Positions 8,882 to 21,572 are shown, counted from the first letter of the stretch. The stretch is DNA of 64,000 nt from Gammaproteobacteria bacterium (GCA_036271575.1 DATBAJ010000035.1:8618-72617), one strand, 5' to 3'. Notes: generated from the letters alone by a model not told the origin. Numbers and translations: made by a program.

Positions 8882-9835
8882 ATGAGCATCCTCGTCAACA
8901 ATAAGACCAAGGTCATCTGCCAGGGCTTCACCGGCAAGCAGGGCACCTTCCACTCGGAACAAGCCATCGCCTACGGCACCAAGTTGGTGGGCGGCGTGAC
9001 CCCGGGCCGCGGCGGCGAGAAACACTTGGGCTTGCCGGTGTTCAACACCGTGCACGATGCGGTCAAGGCCACCGGCGCCGAGGCCAGCATGATCTACGTG
9101 CCGGCGGCCTTCGCCGCCGACGCGATCCTGGAAGCAGCCGATGCCGGCATCAAGGTGATCGTGTGCATCACCGAAGGCATCCCGGTCACCGATATGATCA
9201 AGGTCAAGGCCGCGATCCGCGACAAGGACTGCGTGCTCATCGGGCCCAACTGCCCGGGCATCATCACCCCCGGCGAGTGCAAGATCGGCATCATGCCGGG
9301 GCACATCCATCGCAAGGGCAAGATCGGCATCGTCTCGCGCTCCGGCACGCTGACCTATGAAGCCGTGTTCCAGACCACCAATCTCAAGCTCGGGCAGTCC
9401 ACCTGCGTCGGCATCGGCGGCGACCCGGTGCACGGCATGAACTTCATCGACGTGATCAAGCTCTTCGAACAGGACCCGCAGACTGAAGGCATCATCATGG
9501 TGGGCGAGATCGGCGGCACCGACGAGGAAGCCGCGGCTGAGTACATCAAGCAGCACGTGACCAAGCCGGTGGTGGCCTACATCGCCGGCGTGACCGCGCC
9601 CCCGGGCAAGCGCATGGGCCACGCGGGCGCCATCGTCTCCGGCGGTGCCGGCACCGCCCAGGCCAAGTTCAAGGCCCTGGAGAAAGCGGGCGTGAAGACC
9701 ACCCATTCTCCGGCGGAACTCGGCAGCACCATGGCCAAGCTCATGAAGGGCGGCAAGGGCAAGAAGGCTTCCAAGAAGAAACCCGCCAAGAAAGCCAAGG
9801 CCAAGCCCAAGAAGAAGGGCCGTGGGCGCCGCTGA
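8882..9835 (+). CDS. sucD: Succinyl-CoA synthetase alpha subunit with atypical Lys-rich C-terminal extension
   Basis: [45 protein letters not shown] is present, as is the phosphohistidine loop SRSGTLTYE...GHAGAI. The ORF is 317 aa, against ~290 typical. The last 29 aa are [29 protein letters not shown]. Confidence 0.95.
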   Translation: MSILVNNKTKVICQGFTGKQGTFHSEQAIAYGTKLVGGVTPGRGGEKHLGLPVFNTVHDAVKATGAEASMIYVPAAFAADAILEAADAGIKVIVCITEGIPVTDMIKVKAAIRDKDCVLIGPNCPGIITPGECKIGIMPGHIHRKGKIGIVSRSGTLTYEAVFQTTNLKLGQSTCVGIGGDPVHGMNFIDVIKLFEQDPQTEGIIMVGEIGGTDEEAAAEYIKQHVTKPVVAYIAGVTAPPGKRMGHAGAIVSGGAGTAQAKFKALEKAGVKTTHSPAELGSTMAKLMKGGKGKKASKKKPAKKAKAKPKKKGRGRR

Positions 9836-9868
9836 GCTGCTGACGCTCCCGCAGGCTTCAAGCACACC

Positions 9869-11494
9869 ATGAGCGCATCCCTGCGCATCGCCATGGCCCA
9901 GCTCGATCTCCCGGTGGGAGACGTGACGGGGAATGTGCAGCGCATCCTGGATGCCTGCACCGAGAGCCGTGACCGGCTCAAGGCCCAGTTGGTGGTATTT
10001 CCCGAACTCGCTGTCACCGGCTATCCGCCGGAAGACCTGCTGTTCAATGCCGATTTCCGCGCTGAGGTGGAGGCCGCGGTGGTGCGCCTCGCTGCCGGCA
10101 TCCAGGGCATCCATGCCCTGGTCGGTTATCCGCTCTATGCGGACGGCCGTATCTATAATGTGGGCGCGATGCTGGGCGAGGGCCAGGTCAAGGCCGTCTA
10201 CCGCAAGAGCGAACTCCCCAACTATGAGGTCTTCGACGAGAAGCGCTACTTCGGCAGCGGCGACGCCACCGCGGTCGTGGACGTGGCGGGTTTCGCCGTA
10301 GGCCTCAACGTCTGTGAGGACGTGTGGCATACGGAGCCGGCGCGCCGCGCCGCCCAGGCAGGGGCCAAGGTACTGATGGTGCCCAACGCCTCGCCCTTCA
10401 ATGCCGGCAAGCAGCTGGAGCGGGAAGAGGAACTGCGCCGCCGTGTGGCCGAAGCGGGTGTGCCCATCGTCTACGTGAACCACGTCTGCGGCCAGGACGA
10501 CTTGGTATTCGACGGCGGTTCGCTGGTCATGAATACCGACGGCAAGGTCGCGGCGCGGGCGCCGAACTTCGAGAGCGGCCTCTACCCGGTGGACTTCGTG
10601 CTGGACGGCGGCAAGGTGCGGGCGTTACAGGGCCCGGTCCATGTGGACAGCTGCGAAGAGGAATGCATCTATAAGGCGCTGGTCTTGGGTCTTAAGGACT
10701 ACGCGCGCAAGAACGGCTTCAAGGGCGCGCTCCTCGGTCTCTCCGGCGGCATCGACTCGGCCCTGACCCTCGCGATTGCCGTGGATGCGCTGGGTGCCCA
10801 GAACGTGACGGCGGTGATGTTGCCATCGCGCTACACCTCCGATCTCAGCTTGGAAGGTGCTTCGGAACAGGCGCGGAAGTTAGGTGTGGCTTATCACCTG
10901 ATCCCCATCGAAGCTTCGGTGGAGACGCTGCAGGCGTCCTTGCAGGGCGTGCTGCCGGACGTGGCCGGCCTCACTATCCAGAATCTGCAGGCGCGGGTGC
11001 GGGGCGTGCTGCTCATGGCCATCTCCAACCGGACGGCCAAGCTCCTGCTCAGCACTTCCAACAAGAGCGAGGCCGCCATGGGCTACACCACGCTCTATGG
11101 CGACATGGCCGGCGGCTTCGCTCCCATCAGCGACGTGTTGAAGACCCAGGTGTATGCCTTGAGCCGCCACCGCAATAGCTTGGGTGCAGCGATCCCCGAG
11201 GCGGTGATCGCGCGGGAACCCACCGCTGAACTCGCGCCGGGGCAGAAGGATTCCGACAGCCTGCCGCCCTACGACGTGCTGGACCCGATCCTCAGCTTGC
11301 TGCTGGAAGAGAAGTCCATCAAGGATGTCGTGTCCGAGGGTTTCGATGCGGGGCTGGTGCAGCGCGTGGCGACTGCGATGCAGGCGGCGGAGTACAAGCG
11401 GCGCCAGGCGGCGCCGGGTGTGCGGGTTAGTCGCCATTCCTTCGGCAACGACCGGCGCTATCCCATCACCTCGGGCTACAAGCCGCGCAAATGA
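9869..11494 (+). CDS. nadE: Glutamine-dependent NAD+ synthetase (nitrilase/CN-hydrolase domain + NAD synthetase domain)
   Basis: 541 aa. The N-terminal CN-hydrolase domain shows LVVFPELAVTGYPPEDL and the catalytic Cys in NVCEDVWH. The C-terminal domain has the ATP-PPase motif GLSGGIDSAL. Confidence 0.93.
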   Translation: MSASLRIAMAQLDLPVGDVTGNVQRILDACTESRDRLKAQLVVFPELAVTGYPPEDLLFNADFRAEVEAAVVRLAAGIQGIHALVGYPLYADGRIYNVGAMLGEGQVKAVYRKSELPNYEVFDEKRYFGSGDATAVVDVAGFAVGLNVCEDVWHTEPARRAAQAGAKVLMVPNASPFNAGKQLEREEELRRRVAEAGVPIVYVNHVCGQDDLVFDGGSLVMNTDGKVAARAPNFESGLYPVDFVLDGGKVRALQGPVHVDSCEEECIYKALVLGLKDYARKNGFKGALLGLSGGIDSALTLAIAVDALGAQNVTAVMLPSRYTSDLSLEGASEQARKLGVAYHLIPIEASVETLQASLQGVLPDVAGLTIQNLQARVRGVLLMAISNRTAKLLLSTSNKSEAAMGYTTLYGDMAGGFAPISDVLKTQVYALSRHRNSLGAAIPEAVIAREPTAELAPGQKDSDSLPPYDVLDPILSLLLEEKSIKDVVSEGFDAGLVQRVATAMQAAEYKRRQAAPGVRVSRHSFGNDRRYPITSGYKPRK

Positions 11495-11520
11495 GAAGCC
11501 CCCGTTGGGGGGCTTTGAGT
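11495..11520. terminator. Hairpin between convergent nadE and bamD (likely bidirectional terminator)
   Basis: The hairpin AAGCCCCC-gttg-GGGGGCTT is flanked by an A-run and a T-run (GAGAAGCCCCCGTTGGGGGGCTTTGAGTTT). Confidence 0.55.
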
Positions 11521-11524
11521 TTCA

Positions 11525-12295
11525 TCAAGCAGGTCCGCGTGGGGTGTATTCCAGCGGCGCCCCGGGGAAGTTCGTCTCCAGCAGTTTCTGGGTACTAGCT
11601 GCCAGGTCGTCGAGACCCAGTTTCTTGTAGCAGCTGTACATCATCTGCAGTGCATCCTGGGTGCGGGGCGTCTGCGGATAGTGCAATACGATGCTGTAGG
11701 AACGCTGCAGGGCCGAGACCCAGGCGCCGCGGCGCATGTACCAGTCTGCCGCCTGCCAGTCGAAGTCCGCCAGCCGCTCGCGCAGGAACACCATGCGCTG
11801 GCGGGCGTCGGCCGCGTAAGGGCTGTCCGGGAAACGCTCTAGCAGGAGGGCGAAGGCCTCGAAAGACTTCTGCGAATTGGCCGGATCGCGCTGGAAGTTG
11901 TCGTGGCCGAACCAGCGATGCAGGAATTCCACTTGCGGATCGAAATAGGCCACGCCCTTCATGTAGTAGGCATAGTCCACGTCCGGATGACGCGGATGCT
12001 CGCGGATGAAGCGGTCCGCCGCATCCACCGCGTCATCGAAGTCCTGGTTCATATAGTTGGCGTAGATGAGATCGATCTGCGCCTGGGTGCCGAAGTCGTC
12101 GAAGGGGAAGCGTGCCTGCAGGGTGTTGAGCCGTTCGATGGCGGTCTTGTAGTTGGTGGCGTCCATGTTCGCCTGGATCTCTTTATAGAGGTCCGGCGCG
12201 GCCATGGTCTGGTCCTTGGAATGATTCGAGGAGCAGCCGGCGAACAGGGCGGCGGACAGACACAGGATCGCGGACAGGCGGAGATGACGGTGCAT
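11525..12295 (-). CDS. bamD: Outer membrane protein assembly factor BamD (lipoprotein)
   Basis: I trimmed the 417-aa ORF to MHRHLRLSAILCLSAALFAGCSS, which has the lipobox LFAGC. The body is TPR-like (YKEIQANMDATNYKTAIERLNTLQARFPF...). It is divergent from rluD, as in E. coli. Confidence 0.9.
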   Translation of the reverse strand: MHRHLRLSAILCLSAALFAGCSSNHSKDQTMAAPDLYKEIQANMDATNYKTAIERLNTLQARFPFDDFGTQAQIDLIYANYMNQDFDDAVDAADRFIREHPRHPDVDYAYYMKGVAYFDPQVEFLHRWFGHDNFQRDPANSQKSFEAFALLLERFPDSPYAADARQRMVFLRERLADFDWQAADWYMRRGAWVSALQRSYSIVLHYPQTPRTQDALQMMYSCYKKLGLDDLAASTQKLLETNFPGAPLEYTPRGPA

Positions 12296-12388
12296 GCGGG
12301 TTCTATCGGCTGGTTGCGGCTCTGCGGGCGGGCAGTATAACTGAACGGCCGGGGGCTTTTCAGGCACCCGCCGCAGGACTGATAGACT

Positions 12389-13378
12389 GTGTGCATCATG
12401 GTCCATCGTCCCGCCGAGATGTCCGCAGCCGAGACCCGCGAATCCCGCATCCCGCCCGAGCTGTCCGGCCAGCGCCTCGACGCTGCCCTGGCGCAGCTTT
12501 TCCCGGAATATTCCCGCAGCCGCCTGAGCCAGTGGATCAAGGACGGCCGCGTGCTGCTGGATGATGCCAAGGCACGCCCCCGCGATGCAGTGATGGGTGG
12601 CCAGCGGGTGAGCCTCACGCCCACGGTCGAGCCATTGGCGGGGATGGAGCCCGAGGACCTGCCGCTGGACATCGTCCACGAGGACCCGGCGCTGATCGTG
12701 GTGAACAAGCCGGCAGGCCTGGTGGTGCATCCCGGCGCCGGTAACCGCACCGGGACCCTGCAGAACGCGCTCCTGCACTATGCGCCGGAGCTGGCGACGT
12801 TACCGCGGGCGGGCCTGGTCCATCGCATCGACAAGGACACCTCGGGACTCCTGGTGGTGGCGCGCACAGTGGAATCCCACGGAAAACTGGTGGCGGCGCT
12901 GCAGGCCCGCGAATTCGAGCGTGGTTATGTCGCAGTGACACACGGCGTCATGACCGGTGGCGGCACCGTGGACGCGCCCATCAAACGCCACCCGACCGAC
13001 CGGGTGCGCATGAGCGTCGGTGAAGGCGGCCGCGCGGCGGTGACCCATTATCGGGTGCTGAAGCGCTTCCGCCAGCACACCTATATAAGCGCAGAACTGG
13101 AGACCGGTCGTACTCATCAGATCCGCGTACATCTCGCGCACATCCGTTATCCGCTGGTCGGAGATGGAGTGTATGGAAGGCGCCGGGGCCCCACGCGTGG
13201 GGCCTCGCCGCAGCTGCAACGGGCGCTGCAGGACTTCCGCCGCCAGGCCTTGCACGCAGAGCGCCTCGGCCTCGTGCATCCTGTCAGCGGCGAGGCGATG
13301 CACTGGCAAGTGCCGCCGCCGGCGGATTTCCAGGCACTGCTCGCGGCCCTGGAGGACGATCTCGTCCATGGATCTTGA
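12389..13378 (+). CDS. rluD: 23S rRNA pseudouridine(1911/1915/1917) synthase RluD
   Basis: The S4 domain (GQRLDAALAQLFPEYSRSRLSQWIKDGRVLLDD) and the catalytic motif HRIDKDTSGLLVVA are present. The start is uncertain: GTG 12389, ATG 12398 or ATG 12419. Confidence 0.9.
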   Translation: MCIMVHRPAEMSAAETRESRIPPELSGQRLDAALAQLFPEYSRSRLSQWIKDGRVLLDDAKARPRDAVMGGQRVSLTPTVEPLAGMEPEDLPLDIVHEDPALIVVNKPAGLVVHPGAGNRTGTLQNALLHYAPELATLPRAGLVHRIDKDTSGLLVVARTVESHGKLVAALQAREFERGYVAVTHGVMTGGGTVDAPIKRHPTDRVRMSVGEGGRAAVTHYRVLKRFRQHTYISAELETGRTHQIRVHLAHIRYPLVGDGVYGRRRGPTRGASPQLQRALQDFRRQALHAERLGLVHPVSGEAMHWQVPPPADFQALLAALEDDLVHGS

Positions 13379-14102
13379 ATGGATACGCCCCGAGTGGCCG
13401 GCACCGGTTTCGGTGCGCGGCCTGAGCACTACCCGGGTGGGCGGTGTGAGCCACGACCCCTATGCCAGTCTCAACCTGGGACAGCATGTGGGCGACCTGC
13501 CAGATTCAGTGTCGATGAACCGCAGCAAGCTGCAACTTAGCCTCGGTCGCGCGCAGCCGCGCTGGCTGTCCCAGGTACACGGTACCCAGATCGCGATGCT
13601 GGACGGCATGCCGGTAGGGCAACCGGCTGACGCGGCGGTGGCTGTCGGAGCGGGTGAGGCCTGCGTGGTGATGACCGCCGATTGCCTGCCGGTGATCTTC
13701 TGCGACCAGAGCGGGACGACGGTGGCGGCGGCTCATGCCGGTTGGCGTGGCCTGTCGGCCGGAGTGCTGGAGTCGACGGTGAAGGCCATGGCGATCGCCC
13801 CCGCCAGACTCATGGCCTGGTTCGGACCGGCCATCGGGCCTCGGGCTTACGAAGTGGGGGACGAAGTGCGCGACGCGTTCCTGCAGCAGTCCGCCGGGGC
13901 GGCGGGAGCATTCCAGGCCGGGAAGGCACCGGGTAAGTGGTGGTGCGACCTCTATCTGCTCGCCCGCCAGCGTCTTGAGGCGCTGGAAGTGAAGTCGATC
14001 CACGGCGGCGGCTTTTGCACCTACACGGAGCGGGAGCGGTTCTTTTCCCATCGTCGCGACGGCCAATGCGGCCGCATGGCCACTCTTGTCTGGATCGAAT
14101 AG
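13368..14102 (+). CDS. pgeF: Peptidoglycan editing factor PgeF (YfiH/DUF152 family)
   Basis: I trimmed the 312-aa ORF to MDLEWIRPEWPAPVSVRGLSTTRVGGVS...LNLGQHVGD...TADCLPV...AHAGWRG...CTY..RFFSHRRDG. It overlaps the rluD end by 11 nt. The rluD-yfiH synteny matches E. coli. Confidence 0.88.
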   Translation: MDLEWIRPEWPAPVSVRGLSTTRVGGVSHDPYASLNLGQHVGDLPDSVSMNRSKLQLSLGRAQPRWLSQVHGTQIAMLDGMPVGQPADAAVAVGAGEACVVMTADCLPVIFCDQSGTTVAAAHAGWRGLSAGVLESTVKAMAIAPARLMAWFGPAIGPRAYEVGDEVRDAFLQQSAGAAGAFQAGKAPGKWWCDLYLLARQRLEALEVKSIHGGGFCTYTERERFFSHRRDGQCGRMATLVWIE

Positions 14103-16016
14103 TCAGCCGATCTTCTCGAGTGCCGATTGCTTCTCCAGCCACTGGGCTTCGATCTTCTCCAGTTCCGCCTTCACGTCCCCTTGCTGGCGCAGGCTGTCGG
14201 TGAGCAGCGCCTTGTTCTTATAGGTGTCTTCGGCCGCCAGTAGCGCGTCCAGACGCCGCTTATCGGCGTTGAGCTTCTCCATGCGCTTCTCCAGGGCCGC
14301 GACATCCTTCTGCAGCGGCTTGCGCAATTCCGCCAGGCGCTGGCGCTCCTGTGCCTCCACGCGCCGCTGTTCCTTACGATTCCCATTGCCGTCAGACTTC
14401 TCAGCTGGCGCATTGAGCCCGGCGCGGCGGGCAGCGGCGTTCTGCAGCAGCCAGGTGCGGTATTCGTCCAGGTCGCCGTCGAAAGGCTCGACCTTGCCCT
14501 GGCCCACCAGCAGAAACTCGTCGGCGCAGGCGCGCAGCAAGTGGCGATCGTGGGATACCAGGATGAGCGTGCCTTCGAATTGGGCCAGCGCGACGGTGAG
14601 CGCCTCGCGCATGTCGAGGTCCAGATGGTTGGTGGGCTCGTCCAGCAGCAGGAGGTTGGGTCGCTTCCAGATGAGCAAGGCCAGCGCGAGCCGCGCTTTC
14701 TCACCACCGGAGAAGGGCGCCACCGGTGCCAGCGCCATCTCACCGCGGAAGTTGAAGGAACCCAGGAAATCCCTGAGATCTTGATCGCGCACACCGGGCG
14801 CGATGGCGGCTAACTGCTGCAGGGGCGAACGATCCTCTCTTAGGGTCTCCAACTGGTGTTGCGCGAAGTAACCGATGGCGAGGCCCTTGCCCTGGCCCAC
14901 GCGCCCCGCAAGCGGCGCCAGTGTGCCAGCCAGGGTCTTCACCAGCGTGGACTTGCCCTGGCCGTTGGCGCCCAGGAGGCCGATGCGCTGACCGTTGAGC
15001 AGGGAGAAACTCTGGCTGTTTAGCACGGTCTTCTCGCCTTGCTCGGTCTGGTATCCACAACGCACTTCCTCGAGCGTCAACATCGGACTCGGGGAAGCGA
15101 GCGGGTCGCGGAACTCGAAGCTGAAAGGCGAGCTCACGTGCACCGGCGCGAGCTTCTCCATCTTCTCCAGCGTCTTGATGCGGCTCTGAGCCTGGCGCGC
15201 CTTGCTGGCTGTATAGCGGAAGCGGTCCACGAAGCTTTGCAGGTGCGCCACTTCGCGCTGCTGGCGTTCGTAGGAAGCGGCTTGCAGCACCAGTTGCTCG
15301 GCGCGGCGCGTTTCGAAGGCGCTGTAGTTGCCGCTGTAGCGTTTGATCTGGCGGTTCTCGAGGTGCAGGGTCACGTCGCAGATGCCGTCCAGGAACTCGC
15401 GGTCGTGAGAGATGATGAACAGGGTACCGGCGTAGCGCTTCAGCCAGTCTTCCAGCCAGACGATGGCGTCCAAATCCAGATGGTTGGTAGGTTCATCGAG
15501 CAGTAGCAGGTCCGAGGGACACATGAGCGCCTGTGCCAGGTTGAGGCGCATGCGCCAGCCGCCGGAGAAGCTCGCCACCGGCTGGCTGATCTCCGCGAGG
15601 CTGAAACCCAGACCCATCAACAGGGTGCTGGCGCGGGAAGCTGCGGTATAGCCGTCAGCGTCTGCGTAGGCGATGTGGGCCTCCGCTTCCGCATGGCCGT
15701 CGTGGGCGGCCTGGGCCTTCGCCAGTTGTGCTTCGATCTCCCTGAGACGCGTGTCGCCGTCCAGTGCGTAGTCCAGCGCGGTGCGATCCACCGCTGGGGT
15801 CTCCTGGGCCACGTGAGCCACACGCCAGGCGGTGGGGATGTCCAGCTCACCGCCGTCGGCGTGCAGCTTGCCGCGCAGCATGGCGAACAGCGTGGACTTG
15901 CCGGAGCCGTTGGCACCCACCAGACCCGCCTTCTCGCCGGTATAGACCACCGCGGAGGCGTTTTCGAAGAGCGGCTTCAAGCCGCGCTGCAATGTGAGGG
16001 ATTCGATGCGGATCAC
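14103..16016 (-). CDS. ABC-F family ATPase (YheS/Uup-like, two ABC domains + C-terminal coiled coil)
   Basis: There are two Walker A motifs (GANGSGKST, GANGQGKST), two signature motifs (FSGGWRMRL, FSGGEKARL) and a Lys/Glu-rich C-terminal helix. I prefer GTG 16016 as the start (VIRIESLTLQRG, 637 aa). The longer ORF-track start at 16109 would overlap the divergent ZIP gene. Confidence 0.88.
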   Translation of the reverse strand: MIRIESLTLQRGLKPLFENASAVVYTGEKAGLVGANGSGKSTLFAMLRGKLHADGGELDIPTAWRVAHVAQETPAVDRTALDYALDGDTRLREIEAQLAKAQAAHDGHAEAEAHIAYADADGYTAASRASTLLMGLGFSLAEISQPVASFSGGWRMRLNLAQALMCPSDLLLLDEPTNHLDLDAIVWLEDWLKRYAGTLFIISHDREFLDGICDVTLHLENRQIKRYSGNYSAFETRRAEQLVLQAASYERQQREVAHLQSFVDRFRYTASKARQAQSRIKTLEKMEKLAPVHVSSPFSFEFRDPLASPSPMLTLEEVRCGYQTEQGEKTVLNSQSFSLLNGQRIGLLGANGQGKSTLVKTLAGTLAPLAGRVGQGKGLAIGYFAQHQLETLREDRSPLQQLAAIAPGVRDQDLRDFLGSFNFRGEMALAPVAPFSGGEKARLALALLIWKRPNLLLLDEPTNHLDLDMREALTVALAQFEGTLILVSHDRHLLRACADEFLLVGQGKVEPFDGDLDEYRTWLLQNAAARRAGLNAPAEKSDGNGNRKEQRRVEAQERQRLAELRKPLQKDVAALEKRMEKLNADKRRLDALLAAEDTYKNKALLTDSLRQQGDVKAELEKIEAQWLEKQSALEKIG

Positions 16017-16096
16017 GGGATGGTCTGATTTAGAGGTTTCGGCCGGGCGCGCATTGTACCGGAGCGAGCCCGGGCGGGGTAAAATCCATCGCACCC

Positions 16097-16873
16097 ATGC
16101 AACCCTCACTGCTCCTCTGGATCATCCCGGCGACGCTGCTGGGCGCGGTGCTAAGCGCGCTCTTGGCCTCGGTGCTGCTGCTGTTCCCCACCCGCACCCG
16201 CATGCTGCTCCTGCCCTCGCTGGTCAGCTTCGCCGTGGGCGCGCTGCTTGGGGCCGCGTTCCTGGATCTCTTGCCGGAAGCGGTGAAGTCTGCGGCACCG
16301 GGCCAGGTGCAGGGCGTGGGCCTTGCCATCGCCCTCGGTGTCCTCGGCTTCTTCCTGTTGGAGAAGCTGGCCTTCTGGCACCACGGCCACGAGGGGCACC
16401 TCGACCACGACGAACTGCGCAAGCATGCAGCCGGCACCATGATCCTCGTCGGCACCGGTCTGCATAACCTGTTGGATGGCGTGTTGCTCGGTGCCACCTT
16501 CCTCACCAGCGTGCATCTCGGCGTGGTCCTGGCCATCGCGATCATCGCCCACCAGATCCCGCAGCAGGTGGGGGACATCTCGGTGCTGCTCGCGGCAGGT
16601 GTGGCACGGGGCCGGGCTTTGCTGCTCTCGGCCCTTTCTGGAGCCACCATGGTGGTGGGTGGGGTGGCGGCCTTCTTCCTGCTCAACAGCTTGCGGGGCG
16701 TCATCCCCTACGTCCTGGCTATCGCCGCCGCCAGTCTCATCTATGTGGCGGTCGCGGACCTGATCCCCGGTCTGCACCGGCACGAAGGTGCCCGGCTCTC
16801 GATGCTGACCGTGGTGCTGATCGCCGCAGGTATCGGCCTCATTTATGTCATTCAGGCTGCACTGGGTGGATAG
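16097..16873 (+). CDS. ZIP family divalent-metal (zinc) transporter
   Basis: 258 aa with about 8 TM segments. A His-rich loop, HHGHEGHLDHDE, is present. The motifs HNLLDGV and IIAHQIPQQVGD are typical of ZupT/GufA-type ZIP proteins. Confidence 0.85.
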   Translation: MQPSLLLWIIPATLLGAVLSALLASVLLLFPTRTRMLLLPSLVSFAVGALLGAAFLDLLPEAVKSAAPGQVQGVGLAIALGVLGFFLLEKLAFWHHGHEGHLDHDELRKHAAGTMILVGTGLHNLLDGVLLGATFLTSVHLGVVLAIAIIAHQIPQQVGDISVLLAAGVARGRALLLSALSGATMVVGGVAAFFLLNSLRGVIPYVLAIAAASLIYVAVADLIPGLHRHEGARLSMLTVVLIAAGIGLIYVIQAALGG

Positions 16874-16882
16874 CTGGGGCGG

Positions 16883-16910
16883 TTGAAACGTCGCCTAAGG
16901 CCCCCATTTA
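16883..16910 (+). promoter_or_regulatory. sigma32 heat-shock promoter of clpB
   Basis: The sequence TTGAAA-cgtcgcctaaggc-CCCCATTTA matches the consensus CTTGAAA-N13/14-CCCCATnT. It lies ~65 nt upstream of the clpB ATG. Confidence 0.75.
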
Positions 16911-16975
16911 TTGTCCATTGGGTTTGCCCCTCTCTTTTGAGGGCCTAAACTTCTTATCTCTTCCGGACAATAAAT

Positions 16976-19582
<2,607 letters not shown>

Positions 19583-19751
19583 TGACATCCGGGCAGCAGC
19601 GATGATGTCCATCGCAACTGCGGTTCCATGTTTCGGGATGTATCAATCCACGCATGTAAACCGACCGACAGGGCCGGCGTTAAGCTCGGAGGCTGCGGCC
19701 TGAGTCCGCCCTGGACGTTGCCGCCCGCGCATCTACAGCAGAGGCAAGACC

Positions 19752-21341
19752 TTGGTAACCGCCGGCTTCCCCCAGCTACCCCGAACTTCATCCCTGGGTG
19801 GCGCAACCCTGTTAGCGGCCCTGCTCTCCGCCTGTGTCGCGCACTCCGCGGGCAAGCCGGCGGGTGCCACCGCTGCACCCGGCGCAGTGAGCGCGGTCGG
19901 AACCGAGAGACAACGGGTCGTCAGGAATCTGCCGCCCATCATGCGCCTCCCGCCGCCGGCGGCCGATGATGCGGTCGGCATCCACAAGATCCGGCACATC
20001 ATCATCATCATGCAGGAGAACCGTTCCTTCGACGAATACTTCGGCACCTTCCCCGGTGCAGACGGCATCCCCATGAAAGACGGCATACCGACGGTGTGCG
20101 CACCGAATCCGGACACCGGAGTCTGCGACAGCCCATATCACAACTCCGCGGACATGAACTTCGGCGGCCCGCACGGTTCGAAATACGCCCGGATGGATGT
20201 CGATGGCGGCAAGATGGACGGGTTCCTGCGATCACTCAAGCAGAGCGAGCAGAGGGTCTGTGTCAACAGCAACCTGCCCAATTGCTCGATGATTGGACGG
20301 CTGCCCGATGTGATGGGCTGGCATGACGCCCGGGAGATCCCCAACTACTGGACCTACGCGAAGAACTTCGTGCTCCAGGACCATATGTTCGAATCGGTGT
20401 CTTCCTGGAGCGAACCGGCGCACCTGTACATGGTGTCGGCTTGGTCCGCCGCATGCAAGGATGCGCACGATCCCATGAGCTGCAAGACCGATATCGACGA
20501 CCTGCCGTGGGGGTTGAAACCGGACGACGAGGAATACGCCTGGACCGACGTCACCTACCTGCTGCACAAGCACCATGTGAGCTGGGCCTATTACCTGAGC
20601 GAAGGGATGCAACCTGATTGTGCTGACGGCGAGGTGCGCTGCGTGAGCAAGCATCAGAACCTCCAGGTGCCCAGCATCTGGAATCCCTTGCCGAACTTCA
20701 CCACCGTCCATGATGACGATGAGACCGCGAACGTGAAGGTGCTGGACAAGTACTTCGAGGCCGCCAATGCCGGCAAGCTGCCAGCGGTCAGCTGGATCAT
20801 ACCCAACGAGGCCGTGAGCGAGCATGGGCCATCGTCCATCCACGCCGGACAGGCCTACGTCACGCGCCTGATCAATGCCGCGATGCAGGGACCGGAGTGG
20901 TCCAGCACTGCGATCTTCCTGGCTTGGGACGACTGGGGCGGCTTCTATGATCACGTGATGCCACCCGTGGTGGATGGGCAGGGCTACGGGCTGCGGGTGC
21001 CGGCGATGGTCATCAGTCCCTACGCGAGACAGGGCTACATCGATCACCAGACTCTGAGTTTCGACGCCTATCTCAAGTTCATTGAGGACGACTTCATAGG
21101 CAGCGAACGACTCGACCCCAAGACCGATGGACGTCCGGATCCGAGACCTACGGTGCGAGAAGACGTGAGCGTGCTGGGAGACCTCAGCCGGGACTTCGAT
21201 TTCAGCCAGTCCCCGCGCCAATCCCTCATCCTGGTGCCGGATGCCGAGCCGGGACCGGCCTCCATGCCGGACCCCGTGCTTCCACCGCAACCGTCGCATA
21301 AGAAACCCCTTGCGCGTGGCGCCGGAGTTGCAGGCGGGTGA
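19752..21341 (+). CDS. Phosphoesterase family protein (phospholipase C / AcpA-type acid phosphatase), lipoprotein
   Basis: The motif [27 protein letters not shown] is the hallmark of the PF04185 phosphoesterase family. The signal peptide has lipobox LLSAC. The start appears to be TTG 19752 and is uncertain. Confidence 0.8.
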   Translation: MVTAGFPQLPRTSSLGGATLLAALLSACVAHSAGKPAGATAAPGAVSAVGTERQRVVRNLPPIMRLPPPAADDAVGIHKIRHIIIIMQENRSFDEYFGTFPGADGIPMKDGIPTVCAPNPDTGVCDSPYHNSADMNFGGPHGSKYARMDVDGGKMDGFLRSLKQSEQRVCVNSNLPNCSMIGRLPDVMGWHDAREIPNYWTYAKNFVLQDHMFESVSSWSEPAHLYMVSAWSAACKDAHDPMSCKTDIDDLPWGLKPDDEEYAWTDVTYLLHKHHVSWAYYLSEGMQPDCADGEVRCVSKHQNLQVPSIWNPLPNFTTVHDDDETANVKVLDKYFEAANAGKLPAVSWIIPNEAVSEHGPSSIHAGQAYVTRLINAAMQGPEWSSTAIFLAWDDWGGFYDHVMPPVVDGQGYGLRVPAMVISPYARQGYIDHQTLSFDAYLKFIEDDFIGSERLDPKTDGRPDPRPTVREDVSVLGDLSRDFDFSQSPRQSLILVPDAEPGPASMPDPVLPPQPSHKKPLARGAGVAGG

Positions 21342-21498
21342 TCCGGGTGGCAGCGCGGTGGATCGACGAGGAAACGAAGAGCGGCTTGCGCGGCACTCCT
21401 CATATTCTGCTCAAGGTCTGTTCAGTGGCTCAGTGATGCATGTGCCGCTTCACCAGGCCGCGGCGAGGCCGATGTGACATTGTGTGAATGGCTACATA

Positions 21499-21530
21499 AA
21501 ACCCGCCCTCTGGCGGGCTTTATCGTTATA
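21499..21530 (+). terminator. Probable terminator after the phosphoesterase gene
   Basis: The sequence is AAAACCCGCC-ctct-GGCGGGCTTTATCGTTATATT. The stem is short (6 bp) and is followed by a T-rich tail. Confidence 0.45.
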
Positions 21531-21572
21531 TTAAGCGCCAGTCTTGAGACGCCCCCGCAAGGAGCATGCCTC

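Noticed and set aside
9746..9835. The Lys-rich SucD tail as a separate small gene or a frameshift artefact.
   Set aside because: There is no stop between the conserved SucD body and the tail, and no independent start or RBS. It is therefore reported as part of sucD. An assembly artefact cannot be excluded from the sequence alone, so it is flagged in the findings rather than dismissed.
7814..10483. An 889-aa minus-strand ORF spanning sucC, sucD and the start of nadE.
   Set aside because: It is antisense to three genes with unmistakable conserved products. Its translation is low-complexity and rich in Gly/Ala/His/Asp/Leu, typical of shadow frames in high-GC DNA. It has no recognisable motifs.
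11525..12778. Long N-terminal extensions of real genes in the ORF track. Examples are bamD at 417 aa, pgeF at 312 aa, argF' at 518 aa, argB at 372 aa, gene X at 506 aa, gcvP at 1008 aa and the SDR at 300 aa.
   Set aside because: The extensions overlap neighbouring genes or divergent promoters and lack homology-like sequence. Internal starts give canonical N-termini (lipobox, signal peptide, conserved first motifs), often with an RBS or stop-start overlap.
19583..19751. A possible terminator or small RNA in the clpB-phosphoesterase spacer.
   Set aside because: Only a weak 6-bp stem (GACATC...GATGTC) is present, with no T-tract. This is not enough evidence for a feature.
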